From the IMG/VR virus record IMGVR_UViG_3300042397_001844, positions 8,887 to 72,886 of that record: a DNA stretch of 64,000 bases, one strand, 5' to 3'. Below are positions 21,015-30,121 of the stretch, in pieces (position 1 is the stretch's first letter; every line of letters begins with the position of its first letter). Made by a program: the position numbers and the translations under genes. This DNA is from a virus. Under the pieces are notes generated by a model. That model did not search any database. It saw only the letters and a list, made by a program, of their open reading frames with translations, and was not told the origin of the DNA.

Positions 21015-22107
21015 TTTTTCCGTTTTCAGTTATTTTAATTTCATCAACTATGTTTATCTTAGTTGGTACTTCGTAATCGTTCAATATTTTTTTAATATCT
21101 GATTTAATATCTACCACATTTTTAGAATATTGAGATTTTATTACAACATCACATACAATTATAGTTCCAAGTATAGAATTACTTTTTGAATACACATTAC
21201 ATAACTTAATATATTCTATACCACCAATTACATTTTCAATATAAATTGGATTTACCTGATAACCACCTATGTTTAATAAACTACCTTCTCTACCAACTAT
21301 TTTAAATTTATCATCGCCAACCATTTCAATTAAATCACCCGTATCATACCAATCCCCATCTATCTTTATATCATTTGATTTACCTACTAAACTTATATTA
21401 ACTTTTAATTTACCATCAGATAAATTTATTAATGATTTATATTTTTCAGGTATTATAAAGCTATCTCCATCAGTTGCAAATAAAGAACTAAGTTCAGTAG
21501 ATGCATATATGTTTTTTACTTTAGCATTTGGAAATCTTTTTTTAATTTCAGATTGTAATTCTACAGTAGAACCCTCTCCGCCAAATGATATTTGCTTTAC
21601 ATTTGAATAATCAATACCTTCCGATGTAAGTAATTTATAAAATGTAGGAGTTGCTGATATATGGCTGATTTCGTATTTTATAATTCTATCAGATGCTTCC
21701 TTAAAGTCACATTTAAATAAATTTACTAAAGTATTACCATTTAAAAGTGCCTGCAACAATACTTGATAACCTGCCATTTTATTTGGATTATAAGTAAATG
21801 CCCATATATCGTTAAATCTATTTTCTGATATTTTTATGTTTCTTGTTATAGATTCAAATGTATGAGTTATTGTTTTAGGAAAGCCTGTTGTTCCAGAAGT
21901 TTCCAATACTATATTTTTATTTTTACTTTTTAAAGCGTCAATTAATTCAGAGTAGTTTAATACATTTCCATCTAATAGATTTTTTATCTTATCAACTATT
22001 AATGATTGAAATTCTGACAAATTTACTTCAATAGATTTGTTATTTACTAACAGAATCAAATCATTATAAGTTATAATTTCAGTATCTATCAAAAATGGCT
22101 TATGCAT
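21001..22107 (-). CDS. AMP-binding (ANL family) acyl-ACP/CoA ligase
   Basis: TSGTTGFPK P-loop, YASTE, YDTGD, GR, terminal NGK. Confidence 0.85.
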   Translation of the reverse strand: MHKPFLIDTEIITYNDLILLVNNKSIEVNLSEFQSLIVDKIKNLLDGNVLNYSELIDALKSKNKNIVLETSGTTGFPKTITHTFESITRNIKISENRFNDIWAFTYNPNKMAGYQVLLQALLNGNTLVNLFKCDFKEASDRIIKYEISHISATPTFYKLLTSEGIDYSNVKQISFGGEGSTVELQSEIKKRFPNAKVKNIYASTELSSLFATDGDSFIIPEKYKSLINLSDGKLKVNISLVGKSNDIKIDGDWYDTGDLIEMVGDDKFKIVGREGSLLNIGGYQVNPIYIENVIGGIEYIKLCNVYSKSNSILGTIIVCDVVIKSQYSKNVVDIKSDIKKILNDYEVPTKINIVDEIKITENGKIERK

Positions 22108-22318
22108 TCAATTTCTTTTTAATATCACCAATTGTAAAAACAAGACTATCTTTAAAAATATCTATATTATACACTTCTTCAATTTCAACAGTCAATTCAG
22201 CTAACATAAAACTATCATAACCAATATCATTTTTTAAATTCATATCATCAGTTATTTCTAAAACTTTAGAATATCCATTATTCTCTAATACCTTATTTAC
22301 TATCTCTAACAATTCCAT
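22100..22318 (-). CDS. Acyl carrier protein
   Basis: 72 aa, acidic, with DIGYDSFMLAEL phosphopantetheine attachment motif. Confidence 0.85.
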   Translation of the reverse strand: MELLEIVNKVLENNGYSKVLEITDDMNLKNDIGYDSFMLAELTVEIEEVYNIDIFKDSLVFTIGDIKKKLNA

Positions 22319-22319
22319 A

Positions 22320-22952
22320 TTATTCTATTACTTTATTATTTTTAAAAACAGTAAATTCAGTTAAATCTCTATAACCATTTAATTCACCTTGGTCTGAATT
22401 GTGTATTGCTAAGTTTTGAAACATTGCCAATCCATGTGCTGCTTGTTGTGGAGTCATATACATATTCCATCCTAAGAATGTAATATCATCATCTTTATAA
22501 TATTTCTCACTTCTACCTTCATAACGAGCTTTTTTAAACCAATCAGCTGCTTCAGCGTTATCAGTTAAAATCATACCACCTTTCCAAATTGGAAGAATCT
22601 TTTTAATATGAAATGATAATCCCATAAATTGACCTGGCATATACATATCCTTTGTTAATCTCTTAGCCGCATCCCAAATTGGATATGGTTTCAATTGATA
22701 TGCACCTACCCAATGGTTTGTTTCAGGTCTTTTATCAAAGATAACTTCACCACCCGCATGTATAATTGATTGTGGTACTGAAAGGTAAGTTTTAGATGGG
22801 ATGGTTACCTCTTTAACTTCATTATATTTACAAATTAAGAATAGTGCATTAGTGCAACTATCAACTGAAATAGCATATGGTGCTCCCGTATAAGCTGCTA
22901 TTTCTTCTTCGAACATTCGTACTACTTTGTACGGGTTGTGTAACATTGGCAT
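22320..22952 (-). CDS. Short DegT/DnrJ/EryC1-type PLP sugar aminotransferase
   Basis: FEEEIA, SCTNAL, DAA, SFHIKK...GGMILT; only 210 aa. Confidence 0.8.
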   Translation of the reverse strand: MPMLHNPYKVVRMFEEEIAAYTGAPYAISVDSCTNALFLICKYNEVKEVTIPSKTYLSVPQSIIHAGGEVIFDKRPETNHWVGAYQLKPYPIWDAAKRLTKDMYMPGQFMGLSFHIKKILPIWKGGMILTDNAEAADWFKKARYEGRSEKYYKDDDITFLGWNMYMTPQQAAHGLAMFQNLAIHNSDQGELNGYRDLTEFTVFKNNKVIE

Positions 22953-22954
22953 AA

Positions 22955-23185
22955 TTAATCTTTTTTGGTTTCGTCTTGTCCTATTATTTCAATACAAAGT
23001 ATATTCTTATCATTAACCATTACCAATCTACCATCGCTTGTTTCAAACTTTGTAAATTGACCTTGCTTAATTGAATATGAATCAACTCCCTCAAAAGTTC
23101 GTTTTTCTCCATTAATGAAGTGAAGTATTTGAGAAACATATCTTCCTTTTTTTGTTATTGATGATTTTAAATTTGGGTTTGTCAT
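22955..23185 (-). CDS. Hypothetical protein
   Basis: 76 aa ORF tightly packed in the operon. Confidence 0.55.
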   Translation of the reverse strand: MTNPNLKSSITKKGRYVSQILHFINGEKRTFEGVDSYSIKQGQFTKFETSDGRLVMVNDKNILCIEIIGQDETKKD

Positions 23186-23197
23186 TTTTTTATTTTA

Positions 23198-23977
23198 TTA
23201 ATTCCATATACATATTTTTTGTATATCCTGTCCACCTGTGTAATTCCAAAATGCTTTTAGATAACCTCTTTCAGTTGGCATGTTCATCATCGGAGTAAGG
23301 CACGTTCCAATATCAATATAGGAATTATTGGGAAAATCTCTGAATAATTCATATACTGCCAAATTTGTGAACGTTGAAGCTGAAAATAAGAATACGTGAT
23401 TTGTGATGTTATTTTCTTTAATCCACTGTCTAATAATTTCAATTTTATCATAATCATTTATAAATGCGTTATATCCCACTCTAAAATCTTTTTTAATGAA
23501 TGGTAGTTTAGATGTATCTGCTTTTTCATGTCCAACGAATACACAATCTTTACTATAAAAAATTGGAAGTGTATTCATTATAAATGCTGGGTAATTTCCA
23601 TTAACCCATAAGTTTGCCCATGTTAAACTATCATCATCTCCACCATGCAAATCAATTTGCCAATCGAAGTTTTCTTTACCAACACAACAACTACAACTAA
23701 TACCTTTGTAATAGTTTGATTGTCTATGTTTATAAGCCTCCACTAATTTTTTTTGAAATAATTGGTGTTGATTTGGGTCAAAGTGCTTAAAATCTAATGG
23801 TTGATAAAATCCAGATTGCTTATGTTCTCCAATTTGAATTAAACCTTGGTCTAATTTTGATTCTTTATTTTGAAGAATGTACATTTCACCATCAGAATAT
23901 CTAGCGAATGCAAAGTGTACATCGTTACGAATCATATCCGTAAACTTAGCAAAGTGTTCTCTAAAGTTTTTCTGCAT
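23198..23977 (-). CDS. GT-D/DUF1792-like putative glycosyltransferase
   Basis: FARYSDGE near the N-terminus and IDIG near the C-terminus. Confidence 0.55.
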   Translation of the reverse strand: MQKNFREHFAKFTDMIRNDVHFAFARYSDGEMYILQNKESKLDQGLIQIGEHKQSGFYQPLDFKHFDPNQHQLFQKKLVEAYKHRQSNYYKGISCSCCVGKENFDWQIDLHGGDDDSLTWANLWVNGNYPAFIMNTLPIFYSKDCVFVGHEKADTSKLPFIKKDFRVGYNAFINDYDKIEIIRQWIKENNITNHVFLFSASTFTNLAVYELFRDFPNNSYIDIGTCLTPMMNMPTERGYLKAFWNYTGGQDIQKICIWN

Positions 23978-24962
23978 CTAATATTTTTTTAATTTGTTTT
24001 GCTGCATACCCATCTCCATACGGACAAGGTTTACAAATATACGAATTTTTTTCCAAAGTAACAAATAAATCTTTTAATTTATCAGTAGTTTTACAAAGAT
24101 GCAAATGCCCAGTATAAATTGCTTCAGGTCTTTCCGTTACTTCTCTACATACAATTACCTTCTTATTAAGAAAAGATGCTTCTTCCTGTATCCCACCACT
24201 ATCACTTATTACTAACTTACATTCCAATAGGATAGCTATTAGTTCATCATGTGAAAGTGGTTCTACTATTTTAACGTTTGTTAGTAAGTTTCTATGAATT
24301 TGTACATTTGGATTTGGATGTATTGGTAATATAAATTCTAACTCTGGGTATTGTATTGCCAAATCATTTACTTCTTTAAACCACTCATGCATTATAGGAT
24401 GATTCTCTCTACGATGTAATGTAACCAATACTTTGTTTCCGTAAGTTGGCGTAGGTAAATCAACTAAGTTATCTAGCACAGTGTTACCAACTAACCAAGT
24501 ATCACCTAAAGATTTTTCTTCAAATAGATTAACCATTGCCGTTTGAGTTGGTGCAAAATTTACATCGGAAATACGAGCTATCATTTGTCTGTAACCTTCC
24601 TCAGGAAAGGGGTGTTTTAGACTCTTACTTCGAAGGCCTGCTTCTAAGTAGTATATTCTCATTCCTCTATGATATGCTCCTAAAGCACATGCAAATGCTG
24701 ATGCCGTATCACCTTGAACCATAACACCTCTAAACTCACCTTCCGGTAAATCTAAACATCCTTTTACAACTTCATCTAATCTATTAGAACCTTCTTTGAT
24801 AGTTGCTTTATAATCAACATCAACTTCTTTAAGTAAATCTTCATGCTGACCTGTAAAGAATAATTTATACTCACTACGGTCCATTATTTTAATTAAAGGC
24901 TTTATCTTTAGCCATTCCGGTCTAGTTCCGAAACATATTAATATGGGTAATTTATTTTTCAT
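23961..24962 (-). CDS. wecB: UDP-N-acetylglucosamine 2-epimerase
   Basis: FGTRPE, TGQH, QGDT, EAGLRS, TLHRREN, SDSGGIQEEA, ERPE, YGDG. Confidence 0.93.
   Translation of the reverse strand: MKNKLPILICFGTRPEWLKIKPLIKIMDRSEYKLFFTGQHEDLLKEVDVDYKATIKEGSNRLDEVVKGCLDLPEGEFRGVMVQGDTASAFACALGAYHRGMRIYYLEAGLRSKSLKHPFPEEGYRQMIARISDVNFAPTQTAMVNLFEEKSLGDTWLVGNTVLDNLVDLPTPTYGNKVLVTLHRRENHPIMHEWFKEVNDLAIQYPELEFILPIHPNPNVQIHRNLLTNVKIVEPLSHDELIAILLECKLVISDSGGIQEEASFLNKKVIVCREVTERPEAIYTGHLHLCKTTDKLKDLFVTLEKNSYICKPCPYGDGYAAKQIKKILDAEKL
24034..24065 (-). promoter_or_regulatory. Bacteroidota sigma-A-type promoter, internal to wecB
   Basis: Minus strand TTTG-N20-TATATTTG with TTCG just before the -7 box. Confidence 0.6.
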
Positions 24963-25722
24963 TTACTAATTTCCAACCTTTTTGTCTTTGTTCGTTAAAA
25001 TATTGATTCATTAATTGTTTGAATGGTACACCTTCTACACTTCTTTGATTTGATTCCCACAGTGAATTAGCATCGCCACCATAAGTTGCACCCTTAGTAC
25101 TTCCCCACATTTCCATATCAGAACGAGGATGAGGTGGTACATAAGTTTTAATACCAGCATACTTTTGTAACATATAGGAGAAGTGCATATCTTCACCACA
25201 GGTATTATATTTAGGGTCTGGTAATTCTCTAACCATAATAGGTAACCATTCTTTTTTAAAGAACCAACTATGCCCCACTAAATCAACTTCTACAGTCCTA
25301 TCATTGTTACCTTGGTCAGGCCATCCGAATCTTAAGTAGTGTTCGTAGTATGAAGATTGTTGCGGAGGTAATGGATTCAAATACATCAATCCTACCGTTC
25401 CCAATAAACCTTCCTTCTCATTCATTGTGTTCATACAATTCTCTAACCATTTCTTACCAGGAATCGTATCATCATCAAATACACACACATAGGGATTCTT
25501 AGCGTTCATAGCAAAATAGAATCTTGCCCACACTCCGAAGTTGTAATTACAATAGGCAACAGGAACTTCCGTACCAATATCGTAATTAATCAAATCGTTA
25601 TCGCCGGGGTTATTGTACCATACTAATATCTCATCCGGCGGTAATGTTTGATTTTTCAGAGCTTCTATTTGTTCATTTAGATTATCTCCTCTTTTGTAAC
25701 CATTTAATATAACTGTTATCAT
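24952..25722 (-). CDS. GT-A / family 2-like glycosyltransferase
   Basis: QTLPPDEI, VFDDD, GEDM. Confidence 0.8.
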   Translation of the reverse strand: MITVILNGYKRGDNLNEQIEALKNQTLPPDEILVWYNNPGDNDLINYDIGTEVPVAYCNYNFGVWARFYFAMNAKNPYVCVFDDDTIPGKKWLENCMNTMNEKEGLLGTVGLMYLNPLPPQQSSYYEHYLRFGWPDQGNNDRTVEVDLVGHSWFFKKEWLPIMVRELPDPKYNTCGEDMHFSYMLQKYAGIKTYVPPHPRSDMEMWGSTKGATYGGDANSLWESNQRSVEGVPFKQLMNQYFNEQRQKGWKLVNEK

Positions 25723-26723
25723 TGTAAATAATTTTTAATTCGTTCTATCCAAACTTCTTGCGAAAAAAGTTCTTTATAATTTTCTTTTGCTGTCTTAGAG
25801 CATTTATCATAAAACTCTTTATCTTCTCTTAACATAGTTGCCATCTCTCTTGCACTTTCCAAATCATTAACCATTACTGATGTATATGGGTGACATAACA
25901 TTTGAGTATCTACATCCATATTTCCAATACAAGGAATTCCAAAATATGCACAATTCAACGCAAATGTACCAGCTGCCACCGTTGGCATCATATGAACTGC
26001 ATATTTGAATGTTGATAAATTTTGCATCCATTCACTCCACATCATACGAGGTAAGTGATTTAAATTATCCACACTACCTTCATTCTCTCTCATAGCATGT
26101 GATGTTTGTGCCCAAATAGGAACTTCAAAATTGTTAGCTATAATGTAACTTTCAAATCCACCATACCATCTTGCAAAGTTACCACCTATAATTGCTTTAT
26201 CTTCTTTTGTAGGTACTATATCTTTGATTAGAGTATCAATCATCAATGTACCGATAGGTTGGATTGTTTTGTTAGGAAATAACCCCTTATAATACATTAC
26301 ATCGGAATCATTGTGAGTAAAGATTGAATCACATGATTGTAAAAAATTGAAGAAGTAAATTTGGTCTGCTATCTCATAATCGTTATACCACCAATGAGGT
26401 CCTTCTTGAATATAGTGAACCGAAGTATTACCTTTTTCTTTTATTCTACCAACAATATCTTGCTGAAGTAATTCTGAAAATGGATTAACTCCGTTTACCA
26501 ATCTACTTCCTTCCGAACTTAAGAATGTTTTACCTTTTGGAAATATAACAAAGACATGGTCATAACCTGTCAAATTTTTATCTGCACCAAACAAATGAAT
26601 ATTAAAATGGTCAGCATCTAAAGCATGCATCCAAGCAAACTCCGTTCTCATATTTGGATGATTGGCTGGAACTTTCCCAACGAATCCCATTTCAGTAAGG
26701 AAAGCTATCTTAGATTGTATCAT
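25719..26723 (-). CDS. Putative GT-B glycosyltransferase-like protein
   Basis: C-terminal AAGTFALNCAYFGIPCIG resembles the GT-B donor-binding segment; operon context. Confidence 0.5.
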   Translation of the reverse strand: MIQSKIAFLTEMGFVGKVPANHPNMRTEFAWMHALDADHFNIHLFGADKNLTGYDHVFVIFPKGKTFLSSEGSRLVNGVNPFSELLQQDIVGRIKEKGNTSVHYIQEGPHWWYNDYEIADQIYFFNFLQSCDSIFTHNDSDVMYYKGLFPNKTIQPIGTLMIDTLIKDIVPTKEDKAIIGGNFARWYGGFESYIIANNFEVPIWAQTSHAMRENEGSVDNLNHLPRMMWSEWMQNLSTFKYAVHMMPTVAAGTFALNCAYFGIPCIGNMDVDTQMLCHPYTSVMVNDLESAREMATMLREDKEFYDKCSKTAKENYKELFSQEVWIERIKNYLQ

Positions 26724-27342
26724 AATAAGCGTTTTGTTTTTCTTGCCTATCTATTTGTTTATGATGATATAAACAATATATTTCTTCGTTTGGTAATATT
26801 GATAATGTATTATATCCAACAATTCTTTCATGCACTTTACCAACCCATTCAATTTCAGATGTTCTACGATATATACGAGTTTGATAATCAGGAAAATTAA
26901 CCCAACCGTTATCATTTACATTCCACTTCCATTTTTTAATATGTGTTTTAGTTAAACCTTCAACGGTGTTAATTCTAGGAACAAAGAATAAATCAACATC
27001 TTTATTAAATTCAATAAATTCTGATAAGTTTTCTACCAAATATTCTGATGGTATTTCATCTGCATCAATTTGAAAAATGAATATTCCGTTTGCATTATTC
27101 TTTATATTATTTTTAAATGATGCAAAATCATTATTAAGAGGATATCCAATTACTTTGATTGTATTTGTATGTAACTGTGATAAAATGGTTAAATAACTTT
27201 TAATAGGGTCTGTAACCGATTCTTCATCATATTGAATTAAAATCTCATCATCCTTTTTAATTCTATCCTTTAGGAAGTCTACTAATTTTGTAATTTCTTC
27301 CAATTCATTGCAAACAGTAATTGCGTAAGTAATATTAATCAT
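26710..27342 (-). CDS. Glycosyltransferase family 2 (start moved to MINITY)
   Basis: IFQIDADE, FPDYQTRI, VHE; the longer start overlaps the promoter. Confidence 0.85.
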   Translation of the reverse strand: MINITYAITVCNELEEITKLVDFLKDRIKKDDEILIQYDEESVTDPIKSYLTILSQLHTNTIKVIGYPLNNDFASFKNNIKNNANGIFIFQIDADEIPSEYLVENLSEFIEFNKDVDLFFVPRINTVEGLTKTHIKKWKWNVNDNGWVNFPDYQTRIYRRTSEIEWVGKVHERIVGYNTLSILPNEEIYCLYHHKQIDRQEKQNAYYDTI

Positions 27343-27360
27343 AGTATTTTTATTTGAATA

Positions 27361-27392
27361 CAAATATACGAAAATTATATGAGATTAACAAA
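27361..27392 (-). promoter_or_regulatory. Bacteroidota-type promoter heading the glycan operon
   Basis: TTTG-N20-TATATTTG on the minus strand. Confidence 0.75.
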
Positions 27393-27447
27393 TATATCTT
27401 TGTATATGTATATATAGATATAAATATACAATTTTCAAGTAAAGCAC

Positions 27448-27482
27448 AAAAAAATGGGTAACTTTTTTAAGATTACCCATTT
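27448..27482 (-). terminator. Intrinsic terminator after the collagen-like fibre gene
   Basis: AAATGGGTAA...TTACCCATTT stem followed by a T-tract on the minus strand. Confidence 0.7.
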
Positions 27483-27500
27483 ATATTTTATTAAATCCTA

Positions 27501-29582
27501 TTAATACGTTGTATTAACAGTTATCCAAGTACTACCATTATGGAACATTAACCAAGATTGTCCAGCTGAGCCAGATGAGTATAACATACCAGCCTGCCCA
27601 GTTGGTGCGAATTGATTTGGTATTAAATGAATTCCAGAATACAAAGCAATAGAACCACTAACCGTTAATATTTTTTGAGTTGGTTCAAATCTTAAATCAG
27701 CTTCAACAGCACCTGCCGTTGTTACATTATTATATGTTATTATACCATCATTAGTAGTTCCTGTTAAAGTTAAAAATCCACTCACACCACTTGTACCACT
27801 TGTACCACTCACACCACTTGAACCACCACCACCTGTCAATCCAGCTGAACCATTTGTACCAGAAGTACCGTTTGAACCAGAAGTACCATTTGTACCTTCT
27901 ACCCCACTTACTCCAGAAGTTCCCGATGTACCTGAAGTTCCATTAGAACCATTAGAACCAAATCCATTACTTCCACTTATTCCACTTGTACCAGATGTAC
28001 CATCCGTTCCAATTCCATCATTTCCAGAAGTTCCCGATGTACCACCTGGCCCTTGCGTTCCACTAGTACCCGATGAACCATTTGAACCAGCAGCGGATGA
28101 AATACCCGATGAACCATTTGTACCAGAAGTTCCACTACTACCAGGAATACCATTAAATCCACTCACACCAGATGTTCCAGATGTACCACCACCACCGCCG
28201 CCTGTTATAGTAACTTGTGCTGTTGAATTACCCAAATCAGTAACAGTTGCTCCAGTAAATGTTAATATAGAAACATTAGATACACTATTAGGATTTGAAT
28301 CCTCAACAGTTAATTTTAAAGAAGATGTTGGTGTCTGAGAATTACTTCTTCCACCCACGGCACCTACCCAAACATATCCTTGTCTTAAAGATGCTGTCAT
28401 AGAACCTAATACATCCAAAGAACCTGTTATTTGTATATTATTTGTAGTTGCTACAACAGAACCCGTTGCTCTAAATATACCATCAGTTGTTGCAGTTCCC
28501 CCACCACTTCCAAATGATGAAGTAGCTACTAAAGATGTTATATTATTAGGTCCACCTACCCAAGCATAACCTTCTCTCAAAGATGCAGTTAATGTTGAAC
28601 TAATATTTAACGAACCAGTTATGCGTTGATTACCATAAAAAGTATTTGCAGATGATGTTTGTGCAAATAAATTATAGTTTTGTATTTGTGTAGATGAACT
28701 TACAATTGCTGCCCCTTTTAAAGATGCAGTATATGCCAATACATTATTTATTAAAGTTGTATCGATGGATGTTCCAGATGAACCACTTATTCCTGATGTA
28801 CCACTTGTACCGCTACTTCCACTTACTCCAGATGTACCACTTGTACCGCTACTTCCACTTACTCCAGAAGTTCCCGAAGTTCCAAAATTTGTACCATCTA
28901 ATCCGCTTGTACCACTTGTACCACTTGTACCAGAAGTTCCGCTTATACCAGATGTACCAGATGTTCCCGAAGTTCCAGAAGAACCAGAAGTTCCTGATGA
29001 ACCACTTATTCCACTTGTACCGCTTGTACCAGAAGTTCCTGATGTACCTGATGTACCACTACTACCAGAAGTACCCGAAGTACCACTACTACCAGATGTA
29101 CCACTACTACCAGCTTGTCCCGTAGCACCTGCTGTATTTATAAACCAAGATGTAAATGGTCCTCCACTACCAACAACAGAACCAACATTAACAACAAATT
29201 GACCCGTACCACTATTATATGATGTAACGGTAGCTGTCATATAATTGCTACCATCTTTAGATATAATTGTTTGTTGACCAGGTGTCCAAGAAAGACCCGT
29301 ACCTATTGTGAAGGTTTTAGCTCCAATTGTTATTGATTCCGATGTTGATGAAATTGATGTGAATAAATCACCTTTTACGCCGGATGTTCCAGATGAACCA
29401 GACGAACCACCACTTCCAGCCGTACCATTTGTACCATTAATTCCAGAAGTACCAGCAAGACCTGATGTTCCACTTGTACCATTAGTACCTGCACTTATTA
29501 TACCTTCTAAGTATGTAAGATTATCATCCATCTCCACTGCGGTAAGTGGAGAACCCTTTGATAGACGTTTAGTTAATGCCAT
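27501..29582 (-). CDS. Collagen-like (Gly-Thr-Ser / Gly-Ser-Ser) fibre protein
   Basis: N-terminal KGSPLTAVEMDDN and three Gly-X-Y tracts of SGTSGS type. Confidence 0.8.
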   Translation of the reverse strand: MALTKRLSKGSPLTAVEMDDNLTYLEGIISAGTNGTSGTSGLAGTSGINGTNGTAGSGGSSGSSGTSGVKGDLFTSISSTSESITIGAKTFTIGTGLSWTPGQQTIISKDGSNYMTATVTSYNSGTGQFVVNVGSVVGSGGPFTSWFINTAGATGQAGSSGTSGSSGTSGTSGSSGTSGTSGTSGTSGTSGISGSSGTSGSSGTSGTSGTSGISGTSGTSGTSGTSGLDGTNFGTSGTSGVSGSSGTSGTSGVSGSSGTSGTSGISGSSGTSIDTTLINNVLAYTASLKGAAIVSSSTQIQNYNLFAQTSSANTFYGNQRITGSLNISSTLTASLREGYAWVGGPNNITSLVATSSFGSGGGTATTDGIFRATGSVVATTNNIQITGSLDVLGSMTASLRQGYVWVGAVGGRSNSQTPTSSLKLTVEDSNPNSVSNVSILTFTGATVTDLGNSTAQVTITGGGGGGTSGTSGVSGFNGIPGSSGTSGTNGSSGISSAAGSNGSSGTSGTQGPGGTSGTSGNDGIGTDGTSGTSGISGSNGFGSNGSNGTSGTSGTSGVSGVEGTNGTSGSNGTSGTNGSAGLTGGGGSSGVSGTSGTSGVSGFLTLTGTTNDGIITYNNVTTAGAVEADLRFEPTQKILTVSGSIALYSGIHLIPNQFAPTGQAGMLYSSGSAGQSWLMFHNGSTWITVNTTY

Positions 29583-29653
29583 GACTTATATTTTCCTATT
29601 ATAATTGTAATTGTTATAACAGTAAATATAATTAATTCCCAAAATAGAGAATT

Positions 29654-30121
29654 CTAGTAGTAAGATTTTAGAATATCAGGCTTAATTCTGATTTCTTGTA
29701 TTTGTTTTATCCCAGATATGTTGTAAGTTCTATATGCGGATGGGTCTTTTTTATATATTGTATTGGATTTGACAAACTGATTAAATATTTTACTTCCCTG
29801 CCTATCGCATAATATTAATAATTGTCCAAGCTTTTGTTCAGTAGCGAAATCGGCATCTGTTAAACCTTTTCTAAATATTGGTTTTAACCATTGAAAAAAC
29901 TTTTCAGGTTTAATATCACTTATTTTTATACAAGTTAATTTTTTATCTGTTGTAATTCCAATAACAAATACAAATGCTGTTTTTGTACCTGATAATGTTT
30001 TTGTTGTACCATCTACATATTCGTAGGATGTAATTTTATATATGTTACGAGGAAGAATCTGCGATTTACTCACAGATTCCTCACTCAATATTAATGGTTT
30101 ATATTGTAATGAAAATGCCAT
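29654..30121 (-). CDS. Hypothetical protein
   Basis: 155 aa ORF coupled to the upstream glycosyltransferase. Confidence 0.55.
   Translation of the reverse strand: MAFSLQYKPLILSEESVSKSQILPRNIYKITSYEYVDGTTKTLSGTKTAFVFVIGITTDKKLTCIKISDIKPEKFFQWLKPIFRKGLTDADFATEQKLGQLLILCDRQGSKIFNQFVKSNTIYKKDPSAYRTYNISGIKQIQEIRIKPDILKSYY

Noticed and set aside
6082-27363. Bacterial chromosomal LPS/capsule locus or prophage boundary
   Set aside because: No export, polymerase or housekeeping genes; it shares promoter motifs with, and is bracketed by, phage genes. Misassembly cannot be fully excluded without reads.
28694-29604. Plus-strand ORFs rich in VPEVP/VPLVP
   Set aside because: They are antisense shadows of the Gly-Thr-Ser repeats of the minus-strand collagen-like gene.
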